Assembly (NCBI GenBank): GCA_010093605.1
Contig: MU004181.1
Span: 2,852,001-2,916,000, forward strand
DNA from: Lophium mytilinum
Taxonomy: Eukaryota
Direction of reading: 5' to 3'
DNA: 64,000 nt
Shown here in pieces: positions 11,865 through 24,427 of the stretch (position 1 is its first letter; every line of letters begins with the position of its first letter). The notes beneath the pieces are model-generated. The model was not told where the DNA came from, made no database searches, and saw only the letters and a program-made list of their open reading frames with translations. Both the position numbers and the translations under genes were made by a program.

Positions 11865-13632
11865 TCAGTTGGCGTGTTCACCTCGATCTGCTTCTGATTG
11901 AGAGTACTGCAACAGGCGTCGTTCGTAGCTATTCTGATGTCGAAGACGAGCCTTCTCCCTCTTTACCTGTTGCTTCTGCTTTTTCAGCAGCGCTTGAGCC
12001 TTTTTGTACACTGCATTCTTGTCTCGGAAGGTATCTGTAAATCTTTGCGAGAACTCAGAAAAGAGACGATCCTTGTCAGTACTTCCCTCGTTATTTTGCA
12101 GCCACTCCGCAATGAATCGTTCCTCTTCTCCCGAGTACACTTTTCGTGTGACCTTCACCTCGGCTGGGTAATTCGCTTTATAGCCCTGGTCGCGCCACTC
12201 ATTCAGCTGTGACACTTGATTTGGGTCAGACCAGTCCATTGTAGATACTGCAGGCCAGCGAACTTCATTGCCGTCTTGATCATGGTATACATACTTCGTG
12301 GGGTCCGGCTGATAGAGCACCGCAGGGCTCTTGTCAACCACAATGATGCCTTCCGGGGTGGTAACCTCAAGGTAAATGGAGAAGTTCAAGTCCTGTGCTG
12401 GTGAAGCTCCGAAAGAAGTAGCGTCCTCGTTCGCAACACTACTTCCATATGCGACTGATGAAGTATCCTCAGCACTGTAACGTGATTCTCCGAAAGGTGA
12501 TGAGGGATTAAAGTCCTGGGCTGGTGGAATATCGCTAGTTGTAGTGCCCTCACTGATAACGCTACCTCCATATGCGACTGATGGCATCTCCTCAACATTC
12601 TGAGCTTGTTTTTTGCCAGGTGGTGAGAGTCCTTTGAGAAGAAGCTTCATCGGTCTGCAGCTCTCCTCCTGTTCCTGAGTCCACGGTAGATGGCACCAAC
12701 GCCGTCCAGCGCCTTCAAATTTCAGCCGCTGACTCGCATCGTAGTTTTCATCCACGACCCGCTCGCCCGTGCCGTCGACTCGCAACATCTGGCTATGGTA
12801 TCCGTAGTAGTAGTCCTTGGTCTCCACGCGTAGTGTTCCGCTGGAGTAGACGACTAGCACTTCAGACTTGCCAAGAACCTGGAACTTCTTTGGTAGGTTG
12901 CGCAAGTAGTCTGGATGAAGGAGGTATCTGCCGCTACCGCGAGCATATGGCTCCGGGTAAAGCGGGTGGATCTTCGCCTTTTGAAGAGAACCTGTTCGTC
13001 GTTAGCACTACTGCTTGCTATTATACTACGCGATACGCTAGCAACTTACTTAGAGATTGTTCGAGACCTAATTTCAGCAGATCAATGTGCTTTAGGCCAA
13101 GGAAATCCCCTGGAAGATGCTGTTGGAGGCAGTAATTTCTCCATTGCTTCCAGTCTCTGATATAGAGTGGGTGAGGGTCGGAAATTCTCCTATGACGCCG
13201 CGTCATGATTCCCAGCTTGGCGCTCCCATGAATGAACTCAGAGACCACATCAGGTGGAGAATGAAGAGACCAGAACTTGCCAGGGAAAGGTCGAGGGAAC
13301 CAAGAAGGGCGCCAGTGCAGCGCGGTGTTATCTGGGAAAGAAGTCAAAACGAGCAGATCGTGCTGGAGCAGCTTGAGCTGAGGATCTGCTTCGACATCCT
13401 CCTGAGTAAGACTGCCAGGGATATAGAGCTCGAAAGACTCGTTTGTCATATCGGATTCAACATGAGGTTTCGTCTCCGTAGGTAGTGGGGACATGGTGTC
13501 TGCTCGAACGAGATCGATATCCATACTGTCTGGAAATTCTGGCCAAGACATATTGGAAACCCCTTTAGTCGTAACCTCTTTAGTATTGAGCAGTGGACCG
13601 AGTTCTAGAAGATGTGTAGGAGAATCTGTCAA
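11865..13632 (-). CDS. Hypothetical protein with a C-terminal Myb/SANT-like segment and basic coiled tail (start uncertain; first in-frame ATG at 13551)
   Basis: Intron 12992..13049 (GTAAGT..GCTAAC..CAG) joins ORFs 13021..13632 and 11865..12905 in frame; C-terminal YSGEEERFIAEWL...FSQRF...RDKNAVYKK. Confidence 0.6.
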
Positions 13633-14600
13633 GAAGTGACATGGACAGCCTGTGGCAGCATCCGGTTTGATGATCGGGGCTCGGTTTGATGCAGGGTTTG
13701 CGACACGTCTTCACGACTTGTTGACTCTACGCTTGGCTGCTGAATGTGGTGAAGTTTCCAGCGGCTAAGAGGTTTTTCCGCGCCGGAGTGGTGGGTCCAG
13801 TGAATGTCAGCTGTCTCGGCCCTGTTTGTTAGTGGTGTCAAGACACATATCTGAAAGGCGTGAAGTGTATACGGTACTTTGAAAATCAACGTGATTTGTA
13901 CATGTGACCAACTAACCCCAAAGCTCACAGTCTGTCTCAGGCCAGAACTACCACAAGCAACTTGAAGAAGCAAACTGTACAGCAATGATGCGGCGAAAGT
14001 TGCAATACTCGTAGGTAAAAGGCTGTGTTGTTAGTGACGCATCAAGTAAGCTAGTCGGGGCAAGTTAGTACGATTTTGAGCCCCGCATCGCCTTATCCCA
14101 GCTATGTAGTTATCTCGCGCTGTGTTAGATGGAAAGGACGAGGTTCCTGAGATTTGAGATGAGTTGAGCAGAGGAGACAGGCTGCATACAAGCCCGAACC
14201 CCCGTGCCCGTTAGGCTCACTTGGTCAAAGCGTCGCCTAGCCTTGCGCCTCTCATTTTCGTCTCTCCCTCATCGGGCCGACACCCAGATTCAGTCACTTT
14301 GTCAGCTTGTATATAATCACCTTCCAGAATTGTCAACGATGGAAAGAATGAATGTCAGTTTCAACCTTTTCAAAATCAGAATGCTCCAATTCCAGCGTAC
14401 TTTGTCATCTAAGCTTATCTCCGACCTCCTTTAAGGGGCTGCTCCTGATCCTGCACAAAAGGACCTCGGTCCTGGCTCCTGGACCATGATCTAGTTTTGT
14501 GTTCTGGGTCCTCTTCCCTCCTTCACCTTCACTCTCTCGCCTCCAGGAACCTCCGGCGCCCATTCCCATCATTTGCGCGCTCACATCCAGACCAGACAAC

Positions 14601-15165
14601 ATGAATTATTCAGTCTACGGCATCCCCGCCTACTATGTGCTGACCCTCTTTCCACATACATATGCTGTGCGTAGATATTGATTACATCTGTTTGGACTCC
14701 CTAACTTATCACCACCTAGCAACAAATCATCAAGAACGCCAGCAATGGCTATTGGGACAACCGCAATCCTAAGGGAGTCGACTTACTCACGCAGTACAAG
14801 AAGTCTGTGCCGGCAGCGGTCTTTGCCAAATTTGAAAGAGCAACGGCTGCCCACAACAACGGCATGGAGAATATGGCTTTGTTCATTGGAGCGGTGCTCG
14901 TGGGCAATATGGCGAAGCTGGATTCAAGTAAGCACACCGGAAATGAAAGTGGGTTTTCTTTGACATCCTGCTTCTAGGCACTCTGAACACCGTCGTTGGA
15001 AGCTTCCTCGCGCTCCGCGTGGTCTACACGGCGCTTTACATCACTATCACGAACAAGAAGTACAGTCTAGCGAGAAGTGCGGTTTGGGCCATCAGCACTT
15101 CGCTGCTTCTCTATGTCATCGTCAAAGCAGCAAATAGATTAGCCTACCAAACAGACTTCGCGTAG
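14601..15165 (+). CDS. MAPEG-family membrane protein, 3 exons
   Basis: Introns ~14667..14719 and ~14928..14977; WDNRNPK, ERATAAHNNGMEN, LALRVVYTALYI and RSAVW are typical of fungal MAPEG-like proteins. Confidence 0.8.
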
Positions 15166-15312
15166 AGCTTGCAAGGTGCTCTCATTTCAATTACCGTATT
15201 TTTGCGTTTCTAGATATCATATTCAGACTGAGCCCTTCCCAAAGCTTGATTTCATCAAAAGAGTGTGTCGACCAATACGCGCGTTTGATGCTTCAGGCCC
15301 TGCTCTGAGTAT

Positions 15313-16479
15313 TCACCAGCCGCTAGTCTCTCCTGACTTAGACAGACCATCAATCCCCCGCACTATATCTTCAAATTCGACCCTGAATTGCAGCATCAGC
15401 CTCCATCGCTCAGGAACCGCTTCGACCCCATCTCTTGCACCCAGAAGACCTCCGGCGATGGCACCATTGGTATCGGTGTCCTTCCCCACTCGCAAAACAT
15501 CCACAAGGACATTCTCCAAGCTCCTTTGGTCAAGGACGGCCGCAATGCCCAACGTCAACGATTCTAGCACATAGCCTCCAGCTTTTCCCGGTAGTTCTGG
15601 TCCAGGTCCGTTCTCCGCGATTCTTGCCACTGAGATCGTCTTACCTTGCTCCACAGCTAATTCGACGGGTTTACATTCCAGGCCTGCCACTTCCTTCATA
15701 GCTCTCAATCCAATCTCAACAGCCTCAACAGCATCCACGCCATCAATCAAAGCCGACACGATCTCGTTGTACACTGCGCAAGCTACCATGCATCTTCGAT
15801 CGTCATGCGTCACAGCACTGATCTCCATACTCTCCGTCACTCTTTCCTCCCTGCTCTTCCCAAATAGCCCCGTAGGCAGACATCTCATCAAACTCCCATT
15901 CCCTGCCTGATCCGAGCCCGCACCCGCCTTTCGCGGGTCCTTCGTCTGCATATACTTCGCCAACCCAGTCTGCGTCGCACCACCAATATCCACAGGCTGT
16001 GATCCTGGCTCACGTTCTGGCCACGAGGAGCCCGTCGACCACGCAAGCATGTAGTCGGCTGCGCAGCGCACAACATCGAACGTGACGCTACCGTTTTTCT
16101 TGACTAGATACTCAAGCGGGACTTCGAGGTCCCAAACCGCGAAGCCGTTGAATCCTTTTTCTCCTGCAAGCTGGTCTTTCTTTTGGGCGCGCTCGAAGTT
16201 TGTACGGTCTCGGTATGCGAGGAGTACGGCGCGCGTCATATCGGTGTCGTCGGTCGCATGGCCGGCAAGCCAGCGGAATGCGCCCCCGCCGACGATGTTG
16301 CGGAGGCCGGTGGGATATTGAGCGCGGATGGAGGCCCAGGTCTTAAACTCGAGGGTTGCGCCAAGGCTGTCGCCGGAGTGGAGACCTAGGAGGGCGCCTA
16401 GGATGCGGGATTGGCGAGAGGGGGAGGGGGTTGGTGGTGGCGCCATTGGAAGACCTGCGACGCTGTAAGAGACGGACAT
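15313..16479 (-). CDS. ADP-ribosylglycohydrolase (ARH/DraG family), intronless
   Basis: GALLGLHSGDSLGATLEF, TDDTDM, DIGGAT, GNGSLMR, VTHDD and DTDTNGAIAGGLLGA; the metal-binding motifs are intact. Confidence 0.92.
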   Translation of the reverse strand: MSVSYSVAGLPMAPPPTPSPSRQSRILGALLGLHSGDSLGATLEFKTWASIRAQYPTGLRNIVGGGAFRWLAGHATDDTDMTRAVLLAYRDRTNFERAQKKDQLAGEKGFNGFAVWDLEVPLEYLVKKNGSVTFDVVRCAADYMLAWSTGSSWPEREPGSQPVDIGGATQTGLAKYMQTKDPRKAGAGSDQAGNGSLMRCLPTGLFGKSREERVTESMEISAVTHDDRRCMVACAVYNEIVSALIDGVDAVEAVEIGLRAMKEVAGLECKPVELAVEQGKTISVARIAENGPGPELPGKAGGYVLESLTLGIAAVLDQRSLENVLVDVLRVGKDTDTNGAIAGGLLGARDGVEAVPERWRLMLQFRVEFEDIVRGIDGLSKSGETSGW

Positions 16480-18303
16480 AGCATAGTGTGGGGTATCGTA
16501 AAAATCATATTTCTGTAGAGCTTTCTTGATGATACTGGAGAAAATGGTATGGATAGATGTGTGTTTTTACTAGCGAGAGCTCAGGACTGTGAACTCCGCA
16601 GGTTTAAAGGAAACGAAATGACACGATGAGAACAGTCGCCCTACCGTGAGTCTATGGAAGTGTGGATGAGGCGCGAGATATAGATTCTAAGGAGTCAATA
16701 CAAAGGTACGTTCTTAGATGGCACTCGTAGCTACCTAATATATGGTAATCAGCCCTGTATATTCTGCACAGCCACCACCATAGCCGCACTGACTTAGACC
16801 CCACGACTGATTGCTGTCTTATGTAAATCCCTTTTGAGAGCTAGTTCATATTTGGAGCAAGACAGCTGTGAGACTAGGTTTTGATACCCCGCAGGACAAG
16901 AAGGGTTGGTGGTGGTAAGCGCTTTGAAGTTGACTGTCACGTGATATGTTTGAAGCAAGTATGAGAGTTGAAGGAGAAAAAACTGACGAAAGATCGTAGT
17001 TAAAGACGCTGCGATTTTAGCCTACTATAGTCCTAAGTCTTGTACTCGGATTGTATGTCAGTAAATCGTGACCTTAGAACGACGCTTCCAGTCTAGCGTT
17101 AACGACCCACCTTGGTCTCCAAGGTATCTACCTCCTCCCTTCCGCACTTCAAGCATCTCAACTCCTACTAGGATCACGTTACGCATCGTCGACGACCACA
17201 AGTATGCTCAGGCGTGATACGTACCTTCGCAGCACCTCGCCGATTCTCACAGTCTCCTGAAGCCACGCGAAGCCCTCATGCGACCCGGCCCGGTGCTCGC
17301 CGACTCTGCATGCGCTCGCTACCTGGTAAACCTTATACAGAGCATGCCGAGTGCTTTGACCGCGTGGTTCGGCATTTTGAGAATCCTACGAGCGTGAACG
17401 GGGCAGTAGAGACAATTTCCAGGGTCACGCTCTTGAACCCCGGCTAGTCGGACGAAACATTAATCTAATTGATCACAAGTAAGACTATAAGTGTTACTTC
17501 CGCCCAACGCGGCACTTTCATGTACCCCGGAGTTCCCATCGATGTAACGTTTGGAAATTGCATGTTCCTGGGACTGAACACCTACCATCTCAGCCGCAGA
17601 CTTGGGCCCCTTAACTGCTCCTCCTTCTTGGGCTATACTCTCTTCAGTCCCTTCTCATGGATCCAAGCAAGCATGAACGTCAATGCACGATCAGTATGCG
17701 ACTCTCAAAAACAGCAAACCCTCTAGCGACTTCGTAGATTTCAAAAATAGCGAAGTTACACGAAATCGATCCGTTACCTCGAACCCAATCGAAGTACCAT
17801 GTCCTGACCGCAGCATTCCCGATACCTCAAGTACTCTAGTAAAATCCTTTTCCTGACAAGGTCTTCACAAGAGTAAACCTATCTTTCCGATTGCTTCGAA
17901 CCCAGCTGATCAGGTGGCGCATCACTTTCCCGCCAGCGAGCATCTCATTATCCAACGCGACCTCAGAGACATTCCTAATGAGGAACTACTCCCGCTCTTC
18001 CCTTGTATTCCCTAATCTGCATCGTCTCAAACAAGGGCTGCCCCGCAAGAAACATAAAGCATCTCCGTTTAGCCAGCCATTCTTCAGGCGTATTCATGCG
18101 TATGATGGATGTCATCGGTTCTGTCCATCGCAGAGTGACATTCCGAGCGGCTTCACATGGGCTGAGGTGGATGTATCATCTGCGTAGTTCTGCAATCATG
18201 GCGTGGAAAATGTCAGTATCTACCAATATAAAGCTAGCATCAGCGTAGCTCTCAATAGTGCTGTACGACATTCATTTCTGTTTTTGAGGATCTGAAACTA
18301 ATC

Positions 18304-19518
18304 ATGTCTTTAACCCGCCTCTCTCTTTTCATCACCCTCCTTAGAGGTGCCTCAGCTTTGCCTGCTACAAGTTACTCGTTGATAGACACGTACGATTCCA
18401 CCAACTGGCTCAGCAAGTTCAGTGTTCAGAGTGTATAGTTCATCCTCCATTTGCGTGTCTCCATTGAAGCTAATTCTTCCAAGATTTCAGACCCAACTCG
18501 TACGCATCCATGCGATTTCCTATCTATGTTTTGCTGATACGAGGTCTCCAGATGGCTATGTCAACTATGTCACTCAAGCTCAAGCCCAATCAGACGGGCT
18601 GCTAAAGACCGTGGGGAATCAAGTGTACATTGGCGTTGACAGCACAAGCCACCTTGATCCTAATGGTGTTGGTCGCAATAGCGTGAGGCTCCAGAGCAAT
18701 CCATCCTACAATCACGCTCTAGTTATTGCGGATTTCGCGCATATCCCCGGCAGCGACTGCGGAGCTTGGCCAGCTTTGTAAGTACACTCACATGTAGTAT
18801 GATAGCACGAGGCCCTAACATGATCAGTTGGATGGTCGGCCCAAATTGGCCAAATGAAGGCGAGATTGACATCATAGAAGTTCGTTTCACTCTTCTACCC
18901 CGATTCTCTTTGCCGCAGTCCAGACCCTAATTCAGACCAGGGCGTCAACCTCAACACCTACGACCAAGTTACGCTGCACACCTCCGCCGGATGTGTCCCG
19001 TCTGTCGGCTCTGGCGGCATGTCCGGTACCCCAACTGGAAACGCAGACTGCGGCGCCAGCGGCGGCTACACAGGGTGCGGAGTCGTCAGTGGTTCTGCTA
19101 CGAGCTATGGGACCGCCTTCGATGCAAACGGAGGCGGCGTCTACGCGACTCTCTGGACCAGCTCAGGCATCGAAGTCTGGTACTTTCCTGCTAACAGCGT
19201 GCCTGGCGACATCAAGAGCGGCACGCCGAATCCTGCGGGTTGGGGCCAGCCCATTGCAAACTATGCAGGTTGCAACTTCGATGCGCAATTCCAGAATATG
19301 AATATCGTGAGTCCTAGCTCTAGAGGTATTCGGTTGTACGCTAATTCGAGTAGATTTTCGATATCACCTTCTGCGGCGATTGGGCGGGATCTGTCTGGAG
19401 CAGCTCGTCGTGCGCGTCTATCAATCCGAGCTGCCCTGCATATGTGGCGAGTGAACCGCAATCGTTCGCCGATCAGTACTGGCTTGTGAACTCTGTCAAG
19501 GTCTACAATGTCTCGTAA
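18304..19518 (+). CDS. Secreted GH16 endo-1,3(4)-beta-glucanase, 6 exons including a 16-nt micro-exon (18484..18499)
   Basis: Signal peptide; DPTHGYVNY, GRNSVRL, CGAWPAFW, catalytic WPNEGEIDIIEGVN, GGGVYA, DITFCGDWAG; stop 19516-19518. Confidence 0.92.
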
Positions 19519-19768
19519 GGTGGTTGATGACTCTTTGAAGATAAGTTCTCTTGTATATATTTGAGCTTGGCGGAGGCCGTGTCGATACTTTTCTTCTCAT
19601 CCATACTATCTATCATTTCAGAACGATTTTCTTCTATGCTAGAAGCCTAAGTGGTTATAGGGCTCTCTATAGTGCATATAGTGTTATCTAGCTATTTCTC
19701 CCTTCCAGCGCCATCTTCTACCTCAAAACAAAGCAGACGAACTGCTATCCCTGAACCTTTCCCCAAGA

Positions 19769-20703
19769 TCAACAAACCACCACCCCTTCATCACCCCTCT
19801 TCCATCCAATCCCAACCCAAGCCTTCATCCCCACCCTAACACCACCCTCAATCTCCTCGAACGTTCGCAACCCCTTCATCTCTTCCTTCAATACCTCCTT
19901 CGCCCTACCCAACTCCTCCTCATCAAACCCCGCAAAAAACATCCCCTTCGCCATAAACATATTCTCAACCAACTCCTCCAAACTCGCCGCACTTGTGTAC
20001 GTCACCACCGACTTAATTTCAACATTACAGCCAAACCCGCCTTCCTCAAACTGCCGCAGAAGCCACGAGCCGGTAAAGAACTCCGGCTCCAGCGCCATCG
20101 CGTTCTGGGGTGTCGCAGACGGGCGAATGCGGCGGGCGGTGTTCGTGAAGGCGGTGAGCCACACGCGATCTATCAATTCCCATTAGCATTCATACCCTTC
20201 TACTATACAACGCTGAGAATGAAGATGAAATGGAATAGACCAAACGCACCTGCCCACGTCGACACGACAACCACGCCCTCCCTCTCCACCACTCTAAACA
20301 TCTCCCTCATCGCTTTAACCCCACTCTCCGCATCCCCCGGCACAGGAAGCGCGAGATTCGCAAATACATGGCTGAAACTCTCATCTTTCAGGCCTTCTAG
20401 GTTCCTGATATCCAGAGCGGCCGTCTCAACGCCACTCCACCCATGCTGCTGGATCTGCGCGTCGACTTCCTCGAGCATAGCGGGCGCGAGGTCGGCTGCC
20501 GTGATTCTCGCGGCCGGATGGCGGGATTTGATGAGAGAAGTGACGACGCCGGGGCCGCATGCGTTGTCGAGGATGGAGGAAGCCGGGGTGATGGGGTGGA
20601 GGGAGGGGAGCGCGAGCATGGTGTTGGCGAGGTGGATGGTGCAGCCGCCTGTCATGCGGAGGTAGGCTGAGGCGAAGGTGGCGGTGGAAGTGGAGGGTGC
20701 CAT
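19769..20703 (-). CDS. Class I SAM-dependent methyltransferase, 2 exons
   Basis: Motif I ILDNACGPGVVT, acidic post-I AADLAPAM, and DESFSHV; intron ~20170..20249 joins ORFs 20203..20760 and 19769..20176. Confidence 0.85.
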
Positions 20704-21302
20704 TTTTGTGATGGGTAGGAAGTGGGTTAGGAGGGAGAGGAGGCGGGGTGTGGTGTGCATAGGGATGAAAAGTGAGTTCGAGATGGTGTTTTAAGAGGGA
20801 ACTCTTGTGGTTTTATATATGGGATATGGTTGGAAATTGATAGGTTGATATTTCGGAGACTTTTGATATATACGCTAAGCTTTGTTTCGTGAGATGGTGA
20901 TGTTGAAGGTTGATCTTTGAGTGCTGTGACGAAAAGTCTCCTGATTAGGCATGTTATCTATGCTAGGTTCACTTCAAAAGATATCGTACGTAATGTTGCT
21001 GCTTATGATACTTGCGAATGGAATTCAGTTTCTGAATAGGGATATGAACATCTGGTGCTGAAAACTCTCCGGAAGCATTTGAAAAAAAATTGGCAGCGGT
21101 GTAGCATCAATGCCAATCGATGTTGGCTGAGTCATAAGCGAAGTAAATACCTGAATTAGAGATTGAAGAGTCACCTCCGATAGTGATTATCTGGTGTGCT
21201 GGCTTGGTAACACCGGGTGCCGGAGACATAAGAAAGTCGCCGGGAACGCGCTAGTACGGAATAGTAAACCTTGCTAAGTAGATTCGGACAAACATATTCG
21301 GC

Positions 21303-22418
21303 TCAGTCCTTTCGCCGTACCTCAAGCGTAGTAGTGCCATAAACTCCCTGGGCCTCTTCACAGCGAATCGAGAAACCATGTCGCGGTCTCTCAGCCGGTA
21401 TTGCAAAGACCATCTCTTTCCAAATGTGTCCGCCAGCGTGAATCTGCTCACGCTTGGCCGCAGCCAGTAGTCTGGTCTCTGCATCGATCTCGAAGACTTC
21501 ATCCGTATCTGGATCTCGCGAGATTCTGAGTATCCTGATACTTTCTAGGCCCTCGGCGTCCTCCACCGCGATAGGTACTGGATGGATCAAACGCAGCGTT
21601 CGAAGCTTCCCAGACATGAGCAGAGTGGCTAGCTGGCGCACGGCAGGCCAGAAATAGGCTCGACTCTGCAAGTCCCAGAGCCTAGTCTGTGGAATCTTAT
21701 CGTTGCTGTTCTGGTACGGTAGCCTATGTAGCTGAGGGTCGTAGAAAGAGACATCGAACGGTAGTTCCACAGTGACGGAGTCAACGTGCATGCGACTGAC
21801 GATGAACTCGAATAGATCGTTCCAACCATGCTGTTGCAAGCCATCATCTTCGGCGAGGATCGTATACATGAGCATCCAGACGTCGAATTGCAAGTGGCGT
21901 ATCCTCGTGAGCGAAGTCGGAGGAAGCGCCGAGAGGATCTCGACCATCTCGCGCGGATGAAGGGCGTTGTCTAAGAAATGGAAAGATCTTTCGTTATAGA
22001 CCAGCTCCAGAGCTTCCAAAGACACTTGATGGTTTGTGAACAATATCGGGAGACGTTCCCTCAACTCCGCGAGGCCCCTTGCGCGTCTCTGCCAATACTC
22101 CCTTTCGGTCTTGTCGGTCTGCTCGCCGCCAGAAGCTTCTCCATCTTGTACAATTATATATGGTACTACGCATGGCTTGTTCAGAGCTAAGCGCTCGGGA
22201 ATGAGGGCTCGGTAGATCTCGTCCCGCAGCTCCCTGGGAAGCTCGAGAAACGGAATCGTTTGGGGGCGGAGAGGGCCAGCAGATTCCCAGTAGAGCTGCT
22301 GCTTTTCCAAGCGGATCGCTCGAAATTGACGCCTCTGCTCTTGCCGGAGCATGTGTGCGGGGGAGTAAGGGTATCGCACCATTGCGAACGCCTCTTCTTT
22401 TGACAGGTCTAAGCCCAT
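21303..22418 (-). CDS. Hypothetical fungal protein with an F-box-like N-terminal motif
   Basis: Intronless ORF; PFLELPRELRDEIYRAL followed by ILFTNHQVSLEALELVY, an architecture common in lineage-specific ascomycete proteins. Confidence 0.7.
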   Translation of the reverse strand: MGLDLSKEEAFAMVRYPYSPAHMLRQEQRRQFRAIRLEKQQLYWESAGPLRPQTIPFLELPRELRDEIYRALIPERLALNKPCVVPYIIVQDGEASGGEQTDKTEREYWQRRARGLAELRERLPILFTNHQVSLEALELVYNERSFHFLDNALHPREMVEILSALPPTSLTRIRHLQFDVWMLMYTILAEDDGLQQHGWNDLFEFIVSRMHVDSVTVELPFDVSFYDPQLHRLPYQNSNDKIPQTRLWDLQSRAYFWPAVRQLATLLMSGKLRTLRLIHPVPIAVEDAEGLESIRILRISRDPDTDEVFEIDAETRLLAAAKREQIHAGGHIWKEMVFAIPAERPRHGFSIRCEEAQGVYGTTTLEVRRKD

Positions 22419-23200
22419 AGTAGTGGGTATAGGTACTAGGCTTGTCTGCAAGTCTGAAATGGGAACTCAGCAGGCAGTAGTATCGAGTAATGTACGCCAA
22501 GTTCAGATGGCCCTCCACGCAGTAGTTGGTTGTGAAGAAGACACGTCCCGGCATCTTGGACAGTAACCTTGTGCACCTGAGCTAGGCGGAGCTGCACCGC
22601 CACAATCTATCGAGAAGGAGTTGTCAGGAAGCAATGAGCGTATCACAACAAGTGCACTTTATGTGGCTAATGAAGTTGTAATAGGAGTCAGAATAGGTGC
22701 TGATAAGTATACCTATTGTGCATGTAAACATGCATGACGGAAGGTCTGTTATCACGTAGTCTACCGTACATCAAGGTGCCCATATCTTGTGCTCAGGAGG
22801 AGCATTAAGCATCGCAAGGAACGCTTCTAGTCTCAAAACCTTATTGGAGCCAAAGGTCATGGCACGGGCAAGATTTGCACAAGAAACCAAAATAGATGCA
22901 GGTTCATTCAGGCGTCCGATGGGTGCAAGATGCAAGATAAAGGAACGAAGGAGGAACAAATGCTTGGAATTAGCATGAGCGTTTACACGGATTCACGGCT
23001 GGTCAAAATCATTATCAAGATTTCTGGGTGCGTTCCATCATTAATCCGTGACCTGCTTTTAAGAAACCCTTCGTGATATAAAATATACTCCGCAGCAAAT
23101 ACCATCGCTTGATAGATAAGAAAACACGGGTATAACAAGAAGATCCAGTATTTCAATCAACGCCTCGCTACCTATCCCACAAAAGAGTGGCACTTCATCT

Positions 23201-24427
23201 CTATCGGTACTCTTGATATTTCGGTGGCGGCGGCGGCGGCGGTCGCGAGAACGACTCTGGGTTGTACTGTTGGTAGTTTTGTTTCTGGTCTGGGGGATAC
23301 TGGCTGTTTCGGTCTTGGCCCTCAAGCTTTTTCAGCGCATCTCGTGATCCATCGTGCTCTTCGCGGGTCTCTGCCATGGCCGGCAGCTCCGCGGCGAAGC
23401 TTTTCTGATCCATTCCGGGCGATCGCATACTGCCATGATCGGATGCGTAGGATGTGGGGCGGGAGCTAATGGAACTATGATGGTCAGACGCAGCGACGGA
23501 CCATCGCCCGTCATTGGAATTCGGCGAGTTACTTGCAGCTTCCGAGGCACGCGAGTACCTATCGGGAGTTTGTAGATGCGAGGAGTCTTGCGGTGCGTGG
23601 TAGTAGTCGCCAGGGAGTTCCATGACCACATTCTGAGATGTCTGGGGCACGCCTTGATACTGAGGTGCCGTTTGCTGTGGAGCATAGGCAGGTGAGCCCG
23701 GAGGCTGGTATCCATCCCCAGTTGTAGGTCTGTAACGATTTGTTGGCGAGCGCGGTAGGACGTACTGCTGTCCCGGAGACATTGGCATCGCCGACTGAGG
23801 ATGTGGGGACATGGGAGCGGGCATAGTGCTGGTGCGATCTGCGGGATTGAGCGTCTTCAGCTTTCCATCCTCCATCATTGCGTGCAGCACTCCCGCATCC
23901 AGAAGTTCAGCCTTTTTGATGAGTCGATCAACTAGGATCTTGGAGGCTGCTTTTGTTTCTTTCTTTACGAACGAGACCATGGTAAAGTTGCACTTGATCT
24001 CGATGTCCTCGCGCAGATACAGACCCTCGGGCGGGGCTCCAATGCCCATCTCGCGTTGCTCTGGGGGCTCACCGGGCTGGTTACCGCAGATTTGCCATTT
24101 GTTGCGCAGGTCCACGCCGGCTGGCGCATAGATGTGTGTTTGCAGGCCCCAAGGCATGTCATGAAAACAGCCATTGAAGTTGATCTTGCCGGAGCCTAAT
24201 TTGCCGGTGCCAGGCACGTACTGGATGCGCTGGGTAATGTCGTACCAAGTGGAGTAGAACTCGTCAGCGGGAGCCTCACGGGGCGCTTTCGTGGGCTTGT
24301 AGTCGAGGACCAAGGGATTGAGCTGAATGACTTCTCCATGGCTGTGGAGGATGTCGATGGCAAGCTGGCGGGGTATGTACGACGGAATGGGAGTGATGTT
24401 GATGTAGTTGATCTTCTTGCGCATCAT
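23201..24427 (-). CDS. Conserved hypothetical Pezizomycotina protein: globular N-domain plus Pro/Ser/Gln-rich tail
   Basis: Intronless ORF from MMRKKINYINITPIPSYIPRQLAIDILHSH; strong GC3 codon bias; tail has 'MELPG/AELPA' motifs and polyproline. Confidence 0.8.
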   Translation of the reverse strand: MMRKKINYINITPIPSYIPRQLAIDILHSHGEVIQLNPLVLDYKPTKAPREAPADEFYSTWYDITQRIQYVPGTGKLGSGKINFNGCFHDMPWGLQTHIYAPAGVDLRNKWQICGNQPGEPPEQREMGIGAPPEGLYLREDIEIKCNFTMVSFVKKETKAASKILVDRLIKKAELLDAGVLHAMMEDGKLKTLNPADRTSTMPAPMSPHPQSAMPMSPGQQYVLPRSPTNRYRPTTGDGYQPPGSPAYAPQQTAPQYQGVPQTSQNVVMELPGDYYHAPQDSSHLQTPDRYSRASEAASNSPNSNDGRWSVAASDHHSSISSRPTSYASDHGSMRSPGMDQKSFAAELPAMAETREEHDGSRDALKKLEGQDRNSQYPPDQKQNYQQYNPESFSRPPPPPPPKYQEYR

